NCBI GenBank assembly: GCA_963805625.1
Contig: CAWDVE010000019.1
Location: 320,001 to 384,000 of the forward strand
Reading direction: 5' to 3'
Source: an uncultured Candidatus Rokubacteria bacterium
GTDB lineage: Bacteria; Methylomirabilota; Methylomirabilia; Rokubacteriales; DASRDR01
Length of the DNA stretch: 64,000 bases
Shown here one piece after another: positions 50,453-62,004 of this stretch. The position numbers were made by a program, and so were the translations under genes. Numbering within the stretch: the first letter of the stretch is position 1; every line of letters starts with the position of its first letter. The notes beneath the pieces were generated by a model. That model did no database searches, was not told the DNA's origin, and worked only from the letters and a program-made list of their open reading frames with translations.

Positions 50453-51391
50453 ATGCTCTCGATCGTCACGCTCACCATGAACCCCGCCGTCGACGAGAGC
50501 ACCAGCGTGCCCTACGTCCTCCCGGACCGAAAGCTTCGCTGCCAGGCCCCGACGTACGAGCCTGGAGGCGGGGGGATCAACGTCGCGCGAGCGATCCGGA
50601 AGCTCGGAGGGGACGCGCTGCTCTGCTTCCCCGTGGCGGGGCCGGCCGGTGAGCTGCTCAAGCGCCTGCTCGACGCCGAGGGCCTGCGTTACACGCCGAT
50701 GCCCGTCAACGGCTGGACGCGGGAGAACCTCAACGTGCTGGAGGAAGTCAGCGGCCGCCAGTTCCGGTTTTGCATGCCGGGCGCGGCCCTTGGCGACCAC
50801 GAGTGGCCGATCTTCCTCGACTGGGTGCGTCAGCTGCGTCCCGCGCCCGACTTCCTGGTGGCGAGCGGCAGCTTGCCGCCCGGGGTGCCGGTCGACTTCT
50901 ATGCGCGCCTGGCGGCGGTGGGCCGACAGATTGGAAGCCGGGTCGTCCTGGACACCTCCGGCGCGCCGCTGGCCCGCGCCGTCGACGAGGGAGTCTATCT
51001 GCTGAAGCCGAGCCTTCAGGAGTTTCGGGCCCTGATGGGCGAGCCCGAGGGCGACGAGTCCAACCTCGCAAACCTCGCGGCCATCGTCGTCAAGCGCGGC
51101 TGGTGCGAGATTCTCGTCCTCTCGCTCGGGGCGGGGGGCGCCCTCTGGGTGACCGCCTCGGAGCGGGAGCGGCTCGCGTCGCCGGCTGTCCGCGTCAAGA
51201 GCAGCGTGGGGGCCGGCGACAGCATGGTGGGGGGCATCGTGCTCTCCCTGGCCCGGGGCCGAGCCATAGGCGAGGCGGTCCGCTTCGGGGTCGCTGCCGG
51301 GGCGGCGGCCGTGATGAACCCCGGAACCGCGCTCTGCCGTCGCGAAGACGTGGAACGACTGTACCCGCAGGTGATGACATCACCCGGTTAA
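50453..51391 (+). CDS. pfkB: PfkB-family phosphofructokinase (Pfk-2-like)
   Basis: TLTMNPAVD, GGGGINVARAI, SGSLPPG, LLKPS, VGAGDSMVGG. Confidence 0.9.
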   Translation: MLSIVTLTMNPAVDESTSVPYVLPDRKLRCQAPTYEPGGGGINVARAIRKLGGDALLCFPVAGPAGELLKRLLDAEGLRYTPMPVNGWTRENLNVLEEVSGRQFRFCMPGAALGDHEWPIFLDWVRQLRPAPDFLVASGSLPPGVPVDFYARLAAVGRQIGSRVVLDTSGAPLARAVDEGVYLLKPSLQEFRALMGEPEGDESNLANLAAIVVKRGWCEILVLSLGAGGALWVTASERERLASPAVRVKSSVGAGDSMVGGIVLSLARGRAIGEAVRFGVAAGAAAVMNPGTALCRREDVERLYPQVMTSPG

Positions 51392-51411
51392 CAAGAGACG
51401 AGGAGGAATTC

Positions 51412-51831
51412 ATGAAGGCTCGTGACGTGATGACGGCGAATCCGATCACCGTGACTCCTCAGGCGACCCTCGCGGAGGTGTGGGATATCATGCGCGAGGC
51501 TGACATTCGCCACGTGCCGGTCGCGCGCGGGGGAATCCTGATCGGCATGCTGAGCGACCGCGATCTCGCCTCTCTCGACGTGGGACGGGTGCTGACGACG
51601 GAGGGAGCCGATGCCCTCAGGCGGGCACTTGGCGCGCCGGTCGTCGCTGCGATGAGCTCCGACGTGATCTCCGTCGACCCCGAGGCCGATCTGGGCGACG
51701 TGATCGACCTGATGATCGAGAACAAGGTGGGCGCGATCCCCGTCGTCCTTCCCGACACGCGTGAAGTGGTGGGAATCGCCAGCTACATCGACGTGCTGCG
51801 GGCCGTCCAGGAACTGGTCTCCGAGGAATGA
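51412..51831 (+). CDS. CBS-domain pair protein
   Basis: IRHVPV..GMLSDRDL; VGAIPVV..GIASYIDVL; RBS GAGGAGG. Confidence 0.9.
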   Translation: MKARDVMTANPITVTPQATLAEVWDIMREADIRHVPVARGGILIGMLSDRDLASLDVGRVLTTEGADALRRALGAPVVAAMSSDVISVDPEADLGDVIDLMIENKVGAIPVVLPDTREVVGIASYIDVLRAVQELVSEE

Positions 51832-51970
51832 GCTTCCCCGGGATGTCGTAGGGTGGCCGACTTCCGCGGCCGGGTCGCGGTGCTGGGCTGCAGCCGGCCA
51901 CCGTGCCCGAGGGCCTGGTCCTGACATCGCGAGCCCTCGAGTTGATGCCGCGCGGTGGAGGCGTAGTGAA

Positions 51971-53977
51971 ATGAGTGACCTGTCAGACGCCCGAGCATAT
52001 ATGGTTCGTACCCATATCGCCGCCCGCGGCGTCCGTGATCCAGCCGTGCTCGCGGCGATGCGGGATGTCCCGCGCGAAGCGTTTCTCCCCGCGGAACTCG
52101 AGGAGTTCGCGTACGCGGATGCACCCCTGCCGATCGAGCGCGGGCAGACGATCTCGCAGCCGTACATCGTCGCGCTGATGACGGCGGCAGCGGCGCTCCG
52201 CCCCGGTGATCGTGTGCTGGAGGTGGGGACGGGGTCGGGCTACGCGGCGGCGATTCTCGGCCGGATCGCTCACGAGGTCTATACCATCGAGCGGCACGAA
52301 GAGCTGGCGCGCGTCGCGGCCGAGCGGCTTGCCCATCTCGGATTCTCGAACGTTTCGGTGCTCCATGGCGACGGGACGCTCGGCTGGCCCGAGCACGCTC
52401 CGTACGACGCGATCGTCGTTGCGGCGGGGGGGCCGAAGGTGCCCGAGGCGCTCCTCGACCAGTTGGCACCTGGCGGGCGCCTCGTGATCCCGGTGGGGGA
52501 GGGCCGCGGCGTCCAGCGCCTGCTTCGGGTGACTCGGGGAGCGGATGGGCGGCTTCACGAGGAAGAGCTCGGCGACGTGCGCTTCGTGCCACTGATCGGG
52601 GCCCAGGGCTGGATGGCAGAGCCGACCGAATGGAACGGGCGTCCCTCGCAGGCCCCGAGCCGCCCCGGAATCCTGGTTCACCTCGTGCGCGAAGTCGCCG
52701 AGCCGATCGAGTCGATCGATGGCCAGGATCTCGGGGCGCTGCTCGAGCGTCTCGGCCGAGCGAGGCTGGTGCTGATCGGTGAAGCGTCGCACGGCACGTC
52801 CGAGTTTTACCGGATGCGTGCCCGCATCACCCAGGAGCTCATCCGCACGCGCGGATTCGGAATCGTCGCGGTCGAGGCCGACTGGCCCGACGCGCGCCGC
52901 GTCGGTCGCTACGTCCAGGCCCTTCCAGACGGGCACCGTCCCGAGGTAGCGGCCTTCACGCGGTTCCCCACGTGGATGTGGCGGAATCACGAGACCTGGG
53001 GATTCGTCGAGTGGCTCCGGGCCTTCAACGCCGAGATCCGCGAGCCCGCGCGACGCGCGGGTTTCTACGGCCTCGACCTCTACAGCCTCTTCGCGTCGAT
53101 TCGCTCGGTCCTCGAATACCTGGAGCGGGTGGACCCGGCGGCGGCGCGTCTTGCGCGCGAACGATACTCCTGCTTGACGCCCTGGCAGGCCGACCCGCAG
53201 GCTTATGGGCGCGCCGCCCTCAGCGGACGCTACCGCGTCTGCGAGAAGGAGGCAGTGGCGATGTTGCGCGACATGCTCGGCCGGGAGCTGGACTATGCGG
53301 AGCGGGACGGCGAGCGGTTCCTCGACGCGGTGCAGAACGCACGCCTCGTTGCCGACGCCGAGCGCTACTACCGAGCGATGTACTACGGGGCGAGCGAGTC
53401 GTGGAACCAGCGCGACCGGCACATGTTCGACACGCTCGAGCGCCTGCTCGCGTTCCACGGACCGTCGTCGAAGGCCGTCGTGTGGGCGCACAACTCGCAC
53501 CTCGGCGACGCGCGAGCGACCGAGATGAGCGCGCGCGGCGAGCTGAACCTGGGACAGCTGTGCCGGCAACGATTCGGCGACGCGGTCTCCCTGGTCGGCT
53601 TCGGCACCGATCACGGGACGGTTGCCGCCGCGCACGACTGGGATGGGCCAATGCGGATCATGAACCTGCGCCCGGCCCATCCCGAGAGCTACGAGCGGCT
53701 GTGTCACGACTCGGGCGTCAAGGCCTTCCTGCTGCATCTCCGCGAGCCGTCGCGCGAGGAGGTGCGCACGGAGCTGGCGCCTTCGCGGCTCGAGCGCGCC
53801 GTCGGCGTCATCTACCGGCCGGACACCGAGCTACAGAGCCACTACTTCCATGCCTCGCTGCCATACCAATTCGACGAGTACATCTGGTTCGACGAGACGC
53901 AGGCGCTACGGCCCATCACGACCGCCGAGACGAGCACGCTCCTGGCGCTCCATCCATTCAGCACCGGAGCGGCCTGA
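51971..53977 (+). CDS. Protein-L-isoaspartate O-methyltransferase fused to erythromycin-esterase-like domain
   Basis: GQTISQPYIV, VLEVGTGSGY, APYDAI; then IGEASHGTSEFY, VEADWPD, FPTWMWRN, WAHNSH. Confidence 0.9.
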   Translation: MSDLSDARAYMVRTHIAARGVRDPAVLAAMRDVPREAFLPAELEEFAYADAPLPIERGQTISQPYIVALMTAAAALRPGDRVLEVGTGSGYAAAILGRIAHEVYTIERHEELARVAAERLAHLGFSNVSVLHGDGTLGWPEHAPYDAIVVAAGGPKVPEALLDQLAPGGRLVIPVGEGRGVQRLLRVTRGADGRLHEEELGDVRFVPLIGAQGWMAEPTEWNGRPSQAPSRPGILVHLVREVAEPIESIDGQDLGALLERLGRARLVLIGEASHGTSEFYRMRARITQELIRTRGFGIVAVEADWPDARRVGRYVQALPDGHRPEVAAFTRFPTWMWRNHETWGFVEWLRAFNAEIREPARRAGFYGLDLYSLFASIRSVLEYLERVDPAAARLARERYSCLTPWQADPQAYGRAALSGRYRVCEKEAVAMLRDMLGRELDYAERDGERFLDAVQNARLVADAERYYRAMYYGASESWNQRDRHMFDTLERLLAFHGPSSKAVVWAHNSHLGDARATEMSARGELNLGQLCRQRFGDAVSLVGFGTDHGTVAAAHDWDGPMRIMNLRPAHPESYERLCHDSGVKAFLLHLREPSREEVRTELAPSRLERAVGVIYRPDTELQSHYFHASLPYQFDEYIWFDETQALRPITTAETSTLLALHPFSTGAA

Positions 53978-54069
53978 GGCAGCTGCCCGAGGCCGCCGAG
54001 AGGCCGCAGCAACCTCCGGCGGTAGCGCCCGTGGGATGCGTGCATATTGTTCGCCCTCACTCCCGCGAC

Positions 54070-54240
54070 ATGCTCGGCGAAGTTGAAGACGTAGCAGTGA
54101 TCCGACGGGGTCGGTTCCTCCCGCGCCGTCCGGGTCAGGACCCGATGCATGGTCGAGGTCCGTCCGGTGCGCGCGGCGCCCACGACGAACATGCTGTAGC
54201 CGGCCGCCGCATGCCGATGCCGAACGGCGTGGCGGCCATC
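54070..54240 (-). pseudogene. N-terminal remnant of Lon-like AAA protein
   Basis: GYSMFVVG..TGRTST..PSDHCYVFNF resembles the GYNIF..GTGK..DWCYVxNF N-terminus; no continuation. Confidence 0.55.
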
Positions 54241-54251
54241 GCGCGGTCCTC

Positions 54252-55727
54252 CTAGCCCTTGATGTTCCCGATGGGGGTGAGGGACACGACCTTTCGGGAG
54301 ATGTCGAGCCGATGGAGGACATCGACGACCTCCGCGAGATCCTTGTAGGCGAAGCCGGCCTCCTCGGCCACACCCGATTTCGACGCGGCGCGCACGAGGA
54401 TACCGCGAGCTTCCATCTCCTGGATCAGCCGCGTGCCGTGGACCCGGCGCTTGGCCTCGTGGCGTGACATCGTGCGCCCGGCGCCGTGGGCCGTCGAGCC
54501 GAAGGTCTCGGCCATCGCATGTGCCGTGCCCACGAGGAGCGCGGAACCGGTTTCCATGGAGCCTCCGATGATCACCGGCTGGCCCACCGCCTGGTATGCC
54601 TCTGGTACGTCCGGAGCGCCGGGACCGAAGGCGCGCGTGGCGCCCTTCCGGTGAACGACCAGCTCCAGGGATTCGCCGTCCACCACGTGGCGCTCCAGCT
54701 TGGCCGTGTTGTGGCAGACGTCGTAGACGACCGACAGCCCGAGCTCGTGAGGGTCGGAGCCAAAGACGGCGCCCATGACCTCCCGGACCCGGTGCGTGAT
54801 TACCTGGCGATTGGCGAACGCCGTGTTGGCCGCCGCCGTCATGGCGGCGAAGTAGGCCTGCCCATCGGGTGAGCGGAACGGCGCGCAGGCGAGCTCGCGA
54901 TCACTGACGGTGATGCCGTAGTGGGGCATCGCCTGGTCGAAGCGGCGGAGGTAGTCCGTCCCGATCTGGTGCCCGAACCCGCGGGAGCCGCAGTGGAGCA
55001 TGACGCACACCTGTCCGGGTCCATCCACCCCCAGGGCCCGGGCCACCTCGGAGTCGTGGATGGCCCCGGGACGGACGACCTGGATCTCGAGATAGTGGTT
55101 GCCGGAGCCGAGCGTCCCCAGTTGGTTCAGACCCCGCTCGAGGGCGCGGGCGCTCACGTGAACGGGATCGGCCCCCGGGAGGCATCCGCGTCCCTCCGTG
55201 TGCTCGAGGTCTTCGGGCCAGCCGTAGCCGTGACGCACGCACCATCCGGCTCCCTCCACCATGACCCGGCGGAACTCGCTGTCGGTCAGTCGCACGAACC
55301 CGTGGGCGCCCACGCCCGACGGGACCGCGCGGAATAGCGCGTCCACGAGGTCGCGCAGCCTGGGCTGCACCTCGGCTTCGGTGAGGCGCGTCCGGATGAG
55401 CCGCATCCCACAGTTGATGTCGAAGCCGATCCCGCCGGGCGAGATGACGCCGTTGTCGGCGCGAAACGCCGCGACGCCACCGATCGGGAAGCCGTACCCC
55501 CAATGCCCATCAGGCATGCAGAGAGCGGCGCGGACGATGCCCGGGAGACAGGCCACGTTCGTCACCTGTTCGAAGACCCCGGCGTCCATCTGCGCGAGCA
55601 ACGTCTCGGAGGCGTAGATGCGCGCCGGGACCCGCATGCCAGCCTTTTGGCTTGCCGGGATCTCCCAGATGCAGTCCCCGGCCGGCTCGACTTTCATCCC
55701 GGACGTTGTTGCGATCGTCACCGGCAT
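54252..55727 (-). CDS. rtcB: RNA-splicing ligase RtcB (archaeal-like long form)
   Basis: MPDGHWGYGFPIGG, GFDINCG, GSGNHYLE, HCGSRG, HNTAK, HRKGAT, HGAGR, EEA..AYKD. Confidence 0.95.
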   Translation of the reverse strand: MPVTIATTSGMKVEPAGDCIWEIPASQKAGMRVPARIYASETLLAQMDAGVFEQVTNVACLPGIVRAALCMPDGHWGYGFPIGGVAAFRADNGVISPGGIGFDINCGMRLIRTRLTEAEVQPRLRDLVDALFRAVPSGVGAHGFVRLTDSEFRRVMVEGAGWCVRHGYGWPEDLEHTEGRGCLPGADPVHVSARALERGLNQLGTLGSGNHYLEIQVVRPGAIHDSEVARALGVDGPGQVCVMLHCGSRGFGHQIGTDYLRRFDQAMPHYGITVSDRELACAPFRSPDGQAYFAAMTAAANTAFANRQVITHRVREVMGAVFGSDPHELGLSVVYDVCHNTAKLERHVVDGESLELVVHRKGATRAFGPGAPDVPEAYQAVGQPVIIGGSMETGSALLVGTAHAMAETFGSTAHGAGRTMSRHEAKRRVHGTRLIQEMEARGILVRAASKSGVAEEAGFAYKDLAEVVDVLHRLDISRKVVSLTPIGNIKG

Positions 55728-55756
55728 TCCCTATGGCCCGCGTGTGCGGCGACCGC

Positions 55757-56185
55757 TCAGATGTCGATCACGAGCCGGGCACGCCAGCCACCGTTGACGG
55801 CGATCACCTCGAACCGGTGGAAGGTCACGGCCTTGGGATCGGCCCGCAGGGCCGTCCGTACCCGATCGATGACGCCGCCGTGGACGTCCGCTTCCAGCCT
55901 GAACGGACCGTCCCCGCTGACCCGAACCCGCGCCTGCGGGAAGACCTCCCGGTCGCGGTCCTTCCGGTAGATGAGCTCAGACAGCCAGTCGTAGAACAAC
56001 AAGTCCACCTCGTCGGCCGAGAGCGCGATCCGCCGCTCGACTGAGGTCTCCACGGTCGCCGGATCGACCATGAGCTCGACTAGGGCGCCCGCCGCTGTCT
56101 CGAAGAGATCGTTCAGGTCCCGGCCTTCGACCTCGAGGGCGCAGTCAGCGAGGGCCACGTTCTCCAAGACTTGATATCGGCCCAC
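55757..56185 (-). CDS. Archease
   Basis: LAD..EVEGRDL..LF, WLSELIY, KAVTFH, LVIDI; directly upstream of rtcB. Confidence 0.9.
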   Translation of the reverse strand: MGRYQVLENVALADCALEVEGRDLNDLFETAAGALVELMVDPATVETSVERRIALSADEVDLLFYDWLSELIYRKDRDREVFPQARVRVSGDGPFRLEADVHGGVIDRVRTALRADPKAVTFHRFEVIAVNGGWRARLVIDI

Positions 56186-56199
56186 ACCGGGACCCCTGG

Positions 56200-56215
56200 T
56201 GCAACCGGAATGCCA
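56200..56215 (-). promoter_or_regulatory. Sigma-54 promoter for archease-rtcB
   Basis: TGGCAT-TCCGG-TTGCA. Confidence 0.8.
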
Positions 56216-56266
56216 CGAGCCCCGCGAGCCTTCGGCGGCGATTCAGGCCGCGATCGGCTACCTCGG

Positions 56267-56303
56267 TGGGACATGAATGCCCCGCGAGGGCAAACGAGCC
56301 CCA
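56267..56303. promoter_or_regulatory. Tandem enhancer boxes
   Basis: TGGGAC-ATGAAT-GCCCCG (56267) and GAGGGC-AAACGA-GCCCCA (56286). Confidence 0.72.
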
Positions 56304-56523
56304 GTTACCCGGCGCCGGCGGCCATTGGCCCGGCGTGGGGCAGGGCACAGCACAGATGGAGTGCGGACAGCGTCGCCGCGGAGATTGCGTCTCCGGCGCA
56401 GCGGCGGCCCATGCCGCGCACGGTCTCGAGGCGTCATGAGGTCGGGTCGATTGATCGACCGCCCGGGGCGCCGGACCCGAGACCCGGGAGAAGTCCGAGG
56501 CGTGCTGAATGCGCCGGCGCGGC

Positions 56524-56793
56524 TCAGGGGGCGGTCCCCTTGCGTGGGGTCGCGTCGAGCGAGGCGAGATACTCGACGCAACCGTCGAGCGAGGCGAGCT
56601 TCGGGTAGTCCGATTCGGGAATGTCCACCCGGAATGCGTGGTGCAGCCCGATCACGAAGTTCAGGAGGTCCATGGAGTCGAGGTCCAGCTGGTCCCGGAA
56701 GCTCACTGCCGGCTTGATTCGACCGAGATCGGCCTCGGGGGCGACCTCCTCCAGGGCGTGGAGGACGGCCGCGCGGATCTCATCCTTGCTCAC
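56524..56793 (-). CDS. Acyl carrier protein
   Basis: LDLDSMDLL phosphopantetheine motif, IPESDY; GTG start. Confidence 0.88.
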   Translation of the reverse strand: MSKDEIRAAVLHALEEVAPEADLGRIKPAVSFRDQLDLDSMDLLNFVIGLHHAFRVDIPESDYPKLASLDGCVEYLASLDATPRKGTAP

Positions 56794-56836
56794 TGGGCTA
56801 CCCTGGTTGCACGGAGGTTGATCGGACGGCTTCGAT

Positions 56837-56904
56837 CGGCCGGTCTTCGACCTGTGGCGGCCGGTCTTCGACCTGTGGCGGCCGGTCTTCGACCTGTGGC
56901 GGCC
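56837..56904. repeat. 21-bp tandem repeat, 3 perfect copies plus partial
   Basis: CGGCCGGTCTTCGACCTGTGG at 56837, 56858 and 56879. Confidence 0.95.
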
Positions 56905-56920
56905 TGTGGGTTCATGCGCG

Positions 56921-58057
56921 TTACAACCGGCCCGGCTCCTGCAGGAGCCGATCCACCGCGACCAAGAAGAGCCCGCCGCGATGGCCATCCGTCACGCGGT
57001 GGTCGGCCGAGAGTGTCGCCGTGACGACTGGCCGCGGCATGATCTGGCCCTGGACCACCCAGGGCCGCTCCACGATCTTGCCGAAGCCCACGATCGCGAC
57101 TTGGGGAGGATAGATGATGCCGAAGACGCTCTCCACGCCCTGCTCGCCCAGGCTCGTCACTGTGATCGTAGGATCGGAGAGCTCGGAGCTCCGCAACGTG
57201 CCGGCGCGGGCGCGTATGACGAGGTCGCGGAGACTTCGCATGAGCTCGTCCAGGCTCTGGTGATCCGTGTCGTGCAGGGCGGGGGCGACGAGGCCGCCGG
57301 ATCGCAGAGAGATGGCAACGCCGACGTGGATCACCGGACTCGGCTCGACCTTCCCGGCGATCCATCGCGCGTTCAGCTCCGGGACCTCCCGGAGGGCGAG
57401 CGCCACCGCCTTTATGAGGAGGACGCCGAGGAGAAGGCGGTCCGGCACGGGCCGCTTCGCGTTCTCGACCGCCAACCAGTCTGTGGCGCGACCCAGGTCA
57501 ATCGTGGTGCCGAGGTAGTAATGTGGAATCTCGCGCTTGGCGCGCGCCATGGCAGCCCCGACGGTCTGCCGGAGCTGGGCCTGGCGGTCGACGACGCCCG
57601 GGGGAGGCGCCGGCGGGGTGCCGGATGGGATCGCGGGCTGCTGGGCCGCGGCCCGTTCGACGTCCTCGCGGGTGATCGCCCCGTCCGCGCCGGTCCCCGG
57701 GATCGCGGCCGGGTCGATCCCGAGTTCGGTGGCGAGCTTCCGCGCTAGCGGGGAGATCCGGAGTCGGCGGGACGTCGGCGGAGCCGCCGCGGGTGCCGGG
57801 GACGGAGTCCCGGCCGCTGCGCCGTCCTCTCGAATGAACGCCAGCACCGTTCCGACCGGCACCTTCTGGCCGGGTTGGACCAGGACCCGCTCGAGCACGC
57901 CGTTGGCGAAGATCTCGACGTCGATGAGCCCCTTCTCGGTCTCGACCTCGGCTACGACGTCCCCGCGCTTGACGCGATCACCCGGGTTCTTGCGCCAGGC
58001 GACGAGCGTGCCCGCCTCCATGTCCGCCCCCAGGATCGGCATCAGGAACTCAGCCAC
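56921..58057 (-). CDS. pdhC: Dihydrolipoamide acyltransferase (E2)
   Basis: Lipoyl domain VETEKG, subunit-binding ISPLARKLA, catalytic DHRVTDG. Confidence 0.9.
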   Translation of the reverse strand: MAEFLMPILGADMEAGTLVAWRKNPGDRVKRGDVVAEVETEKGLIDVEIFANGVLERVLVQPGQKVPVGTVLAFIREDGAAAGTPSPAPAAAPPTSRRLRISPLARKLATELGIDPAAIPGTGADGAITREDVERAAAQQPAIPSGTPPAPPPGVVDRQAQLRQTVGAAMARAKREIPHYYLGTTIDLGRATDWLAVENAKRPVPDRLLLGVLLIKAVALALREVPELNARWIAGKVEPSPVIHVGVAISLRSGGLVAPALHDTDHQSLDELMRSLRDLVIRARAGTLRSSELSDPTITVTSLGEQGVESVFGIIYPPQVAIVGFGKIVERPWVVQGQIMPRPVVTATLSADHRVTDGHRGGLFLVAVDRLLQEPGRL

Positions 58058-59036
58058 GGCGCTTTCGCATCTCCCGGATGGCGTGGACGATGGTCGTCGC
58101 CTGGGGCAGGGCCGCGTCCTCGAGGTGCTTCGCGTACGGCATCGGCACCTCGGCGCTGCACAGCCTCGCCACCGGCGCGTCCAGGTCGTAGAAGGCGCCT
58201 TCCATGATCTGGGCGCTGATCTCCGCGGCCAGGCTCCCGGTGCGCCAGGCCTCATCGACGACAAGAGCCCGATGCGTCTTGGCGACCGAGGCCATGATGC
58301 CCTGCGTGTCGAGCGGACGGAGGGAGCGGAGATCGAGGACCTCCGCCTCGATACCCTCCGCGGCGAGTTGCTCGGCGGCCTCGAGACCCTTCCACAGTGA
58401 TCCGCCGTACGTGATCACTGTCACATCGGCACCCGAGCGCCGGACGGCGGCCCGCGTGAGGTCGCGGGGGAGTGCGGTGTCGTCGATCTCGCCCTCCATC
58501 GGGTAGAGCATCGCGTGCTCGAAGATGAAGACGGGATCCGGATCCTGGAGGGCGAGCCGCAGCATGCCCCGGGCGTCGGCCACCGTGGCCGGGGCCACGA
58601 CCCTGATGCCGGGGATGTGCGCGTACCAGCCCTCGAGGCTGTGGGAGTGCTGGGCGGCCAGCTGGCGACCGCCGCCGGTGGCCATGCGCACGACCAGCGG
58701 GACGCTCAGCTGACCGCCCGACATGTGGCGCAGGGTGGCCGCGTTGTTCACGATTTGATCCAGGGCCAGCAGGCTGAAGTTGACGGTCATGATCTCGACG
58801 ATCGGACGCATGCCGCCCAGCGCGGCGCCGACGCCGGCTCCGACGAAGGTCGATTCGGACAGCGGTGTGTCGCGTACTCGGTCGGGTCCGAACTCCTCGA
58901 GGAGACCCTTGCTGCACGCGTAGGCGCCGCCGTAGCATCCGACGTCTTCACCCATGAGGAAGACGCGCGGGTCACCGGCGAGAGCCTCCCGCAGTGCCGC
59001 CCGGACCGCTTCCCGGTAGGTCAGCTTGACGGTCAT
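58050..59036 (-). CDS. pdhB: Pyruvate/2-oxoacid dehydrogenase E1 beta
   Basis: [28 protein letters not shown]. Confidence 0.9.
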   Translation of the reverse strand: MTVKLTYREAVRAALREALAGDPRVFLMGEDVGCYGGAYACSKGLLEEFGPDRVRDTPLSESTFVGAGVGAALGGMRPIVEIMTVNFSLLALDQIVNNAATLRHMSGGQLSVPLVVRMATGGGRQLAAQHSHSLEGWYAHIPGIRVVAPATVADARGMLRLALQDPDPVFIFEHAMLYPMEGEIDDTALPRDLTRAAVRRSGADVTVITYGGSLWKGLEAAEQLAAEGIEAEVLDLRSLRPLDTQGIMASVAKTHRALVVDEAWRTGSLAAEISAQIMEGAFYDLDAPVARLCSAEVPMPYAKHLEDAALPQATTIVHAIREMRKRRG

Positions 59037-60031
59037 GGGGTCCCGCTCGGGGTGCAGACGTCTCGCGTCAGATCCTCGACTGGCTCCCAGGGCCCCTCCT
59101 CGGCGACCCGGACCGCGTCCTCGATCTCGCCGGCCACCGTGGCCTCGAGGGCAGCCCAGTCGGGGTCCGACAGAAGCCGCCATTCACGAAGCCGGGTTGC
59201 GAAGGTCGCGATCGGATCGCGGGTCTTCCACTGCTCGACCTCTTCCTTGGTGCGATAGAGCTCGGGGTCATACATCGAATGCGCCCGGAATCGGTAGGTC
59301 TGGAGCTCGAGGAAGTGCGGACCGAGCCCGAGCCGGACCGTGTCGGCGACCCGCCGGGTGGCGGCCTCGACGGCGAGGACGTCCATCCCATCCACCACCT
59401 CCGCGCAGAGACCGGCACTCTCCGCCTTGCGTGCGAGATCCGGCTGGGCCTGATGGCGGGCGATGGCCGTCCCCATGGCGTATAGGTTGTTCTCGCACAG
59501 AAAGAGGACGGGAAGCTTCCACAAGGCGGCGAGGTTCAGCGACTCGTGAAACTCGCCCTCGGCGACCGCGCCGTCTCCGAAGAAGCATGCCGTCACCCGA
59601 GCGCGCTCCTGCAGCCGGTCCGCCAGAGCCAGACCCACGGCAATCGGTAGTCCAGCTCCGACGATCGCGTGGCCCCCGTAGAAGCGGCGGCTCACGTCGA
59701 AGAAGTGCATCGAGCCGCCGCGGCCCCGGCTCACTCCGTTGGCCTTCCCGTACATCTCGGCCATCAGCGGTCCCGCTGGGATGCCGCGGGCGAGGGCATG
59801 CCCGTGCTCGCGGTAGGTCGCCACGATGGCATCGTCGGCGGTGAGGGCCTGCATGGCACCCACAGCGACCGCCTCCTCGCCGATGTAGAGATGCAGGAAG
59901 CCGCGGATCTTGCCGACCGTGTACAGCTCGGCCGCCTTTTCCTCGAAGCGGCGGATGCGGAGCATCTCGCGGAGGAGATGAAGCACGCGGTCACGTTCGA
60001 CGGGGAGATTCGGCAGACAGGGAAATGGCAT
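59033..60031 (-). CDS. pdhA: Pyruvate dehydrogenase E1 alpha
   Basis: [32 protein letters not shown] motif, YRFRAHSM. Confidence 0.92.
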   Translation of the reverse strand: MPFPCLPNLPVERDRVLHLLREMLRIRRFEEKAAELYTVGKIRGFLHLYIGEEAVAVGAMQALTADDAIVATYREHGHALARGIPAGPLMAEMYGKANGVSRGRGGSMHFFDVSRRFYGGHAIVGAGLPIAVGLALADRLQERARVTACFFGDGAVAEGEFHESLNLAALWKLPVLFLCENNLYAMGTAIARHQAQPDLARKAESAGLCAEVVDGMDVLAVEAATRRVADTVRLGLGPHFLELQTYRFRAHSMYDPELYRTKEEVEQWKTRDPIATFATRLREWRLLSDPDWAALEATVAGEIEDAVRVAEEGPWEPVEDLTRDVCTPSGTP

Positions 60032-60039
60032 CGCAGGCC

Positions 60040-61800
<1,761 letters not shown>

Positions 61801-61847
61801 TCATCCCTCCTCGCGAGACAGACACCCCTGCGGTCGCTGGGTCCTGG

Positions 61848-61863
61848 TGCATCCAGGGTGCCA
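61848..61863 (-). promoter_or_regulatory. Sigma-54 promoter for acsA-pdh-ACP
   Basis: TGGCAC-CCTGG-ATGCA. Confidence 0.8.
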
Positions 61864-61904
61864 CAGGCTTTGTCCATCAAATTGGTGGCTTGTCGACCTC
61901 CGGG

Positions 61905-61966
61905 CGCTGACGTGCCGCCCCAGCTTGGGGTGCGGGTGCCCCAGGGGCTGGTCCGTGAGTGCCCCG
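61905..61966. promoter_or_regulatory. Triple enhancer boxes
   Basis: GCCCCA half-site (61917), TGGGGT-GCGGGT-GCCCCA (61926), TGGTCC-GTGAGT-GCCCCG (61949). Confidence 0.72.
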
Positions 61967-62004
61967 GCCGACGCGGATGCCGGCTGATCGCGGCCCGTCG
62001 CGCC

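Noticed and set aside
56837-56904. Possible CRISPR array
   Set aside because: Repeats are head-to-tail with no spacers, and no cas genes are present
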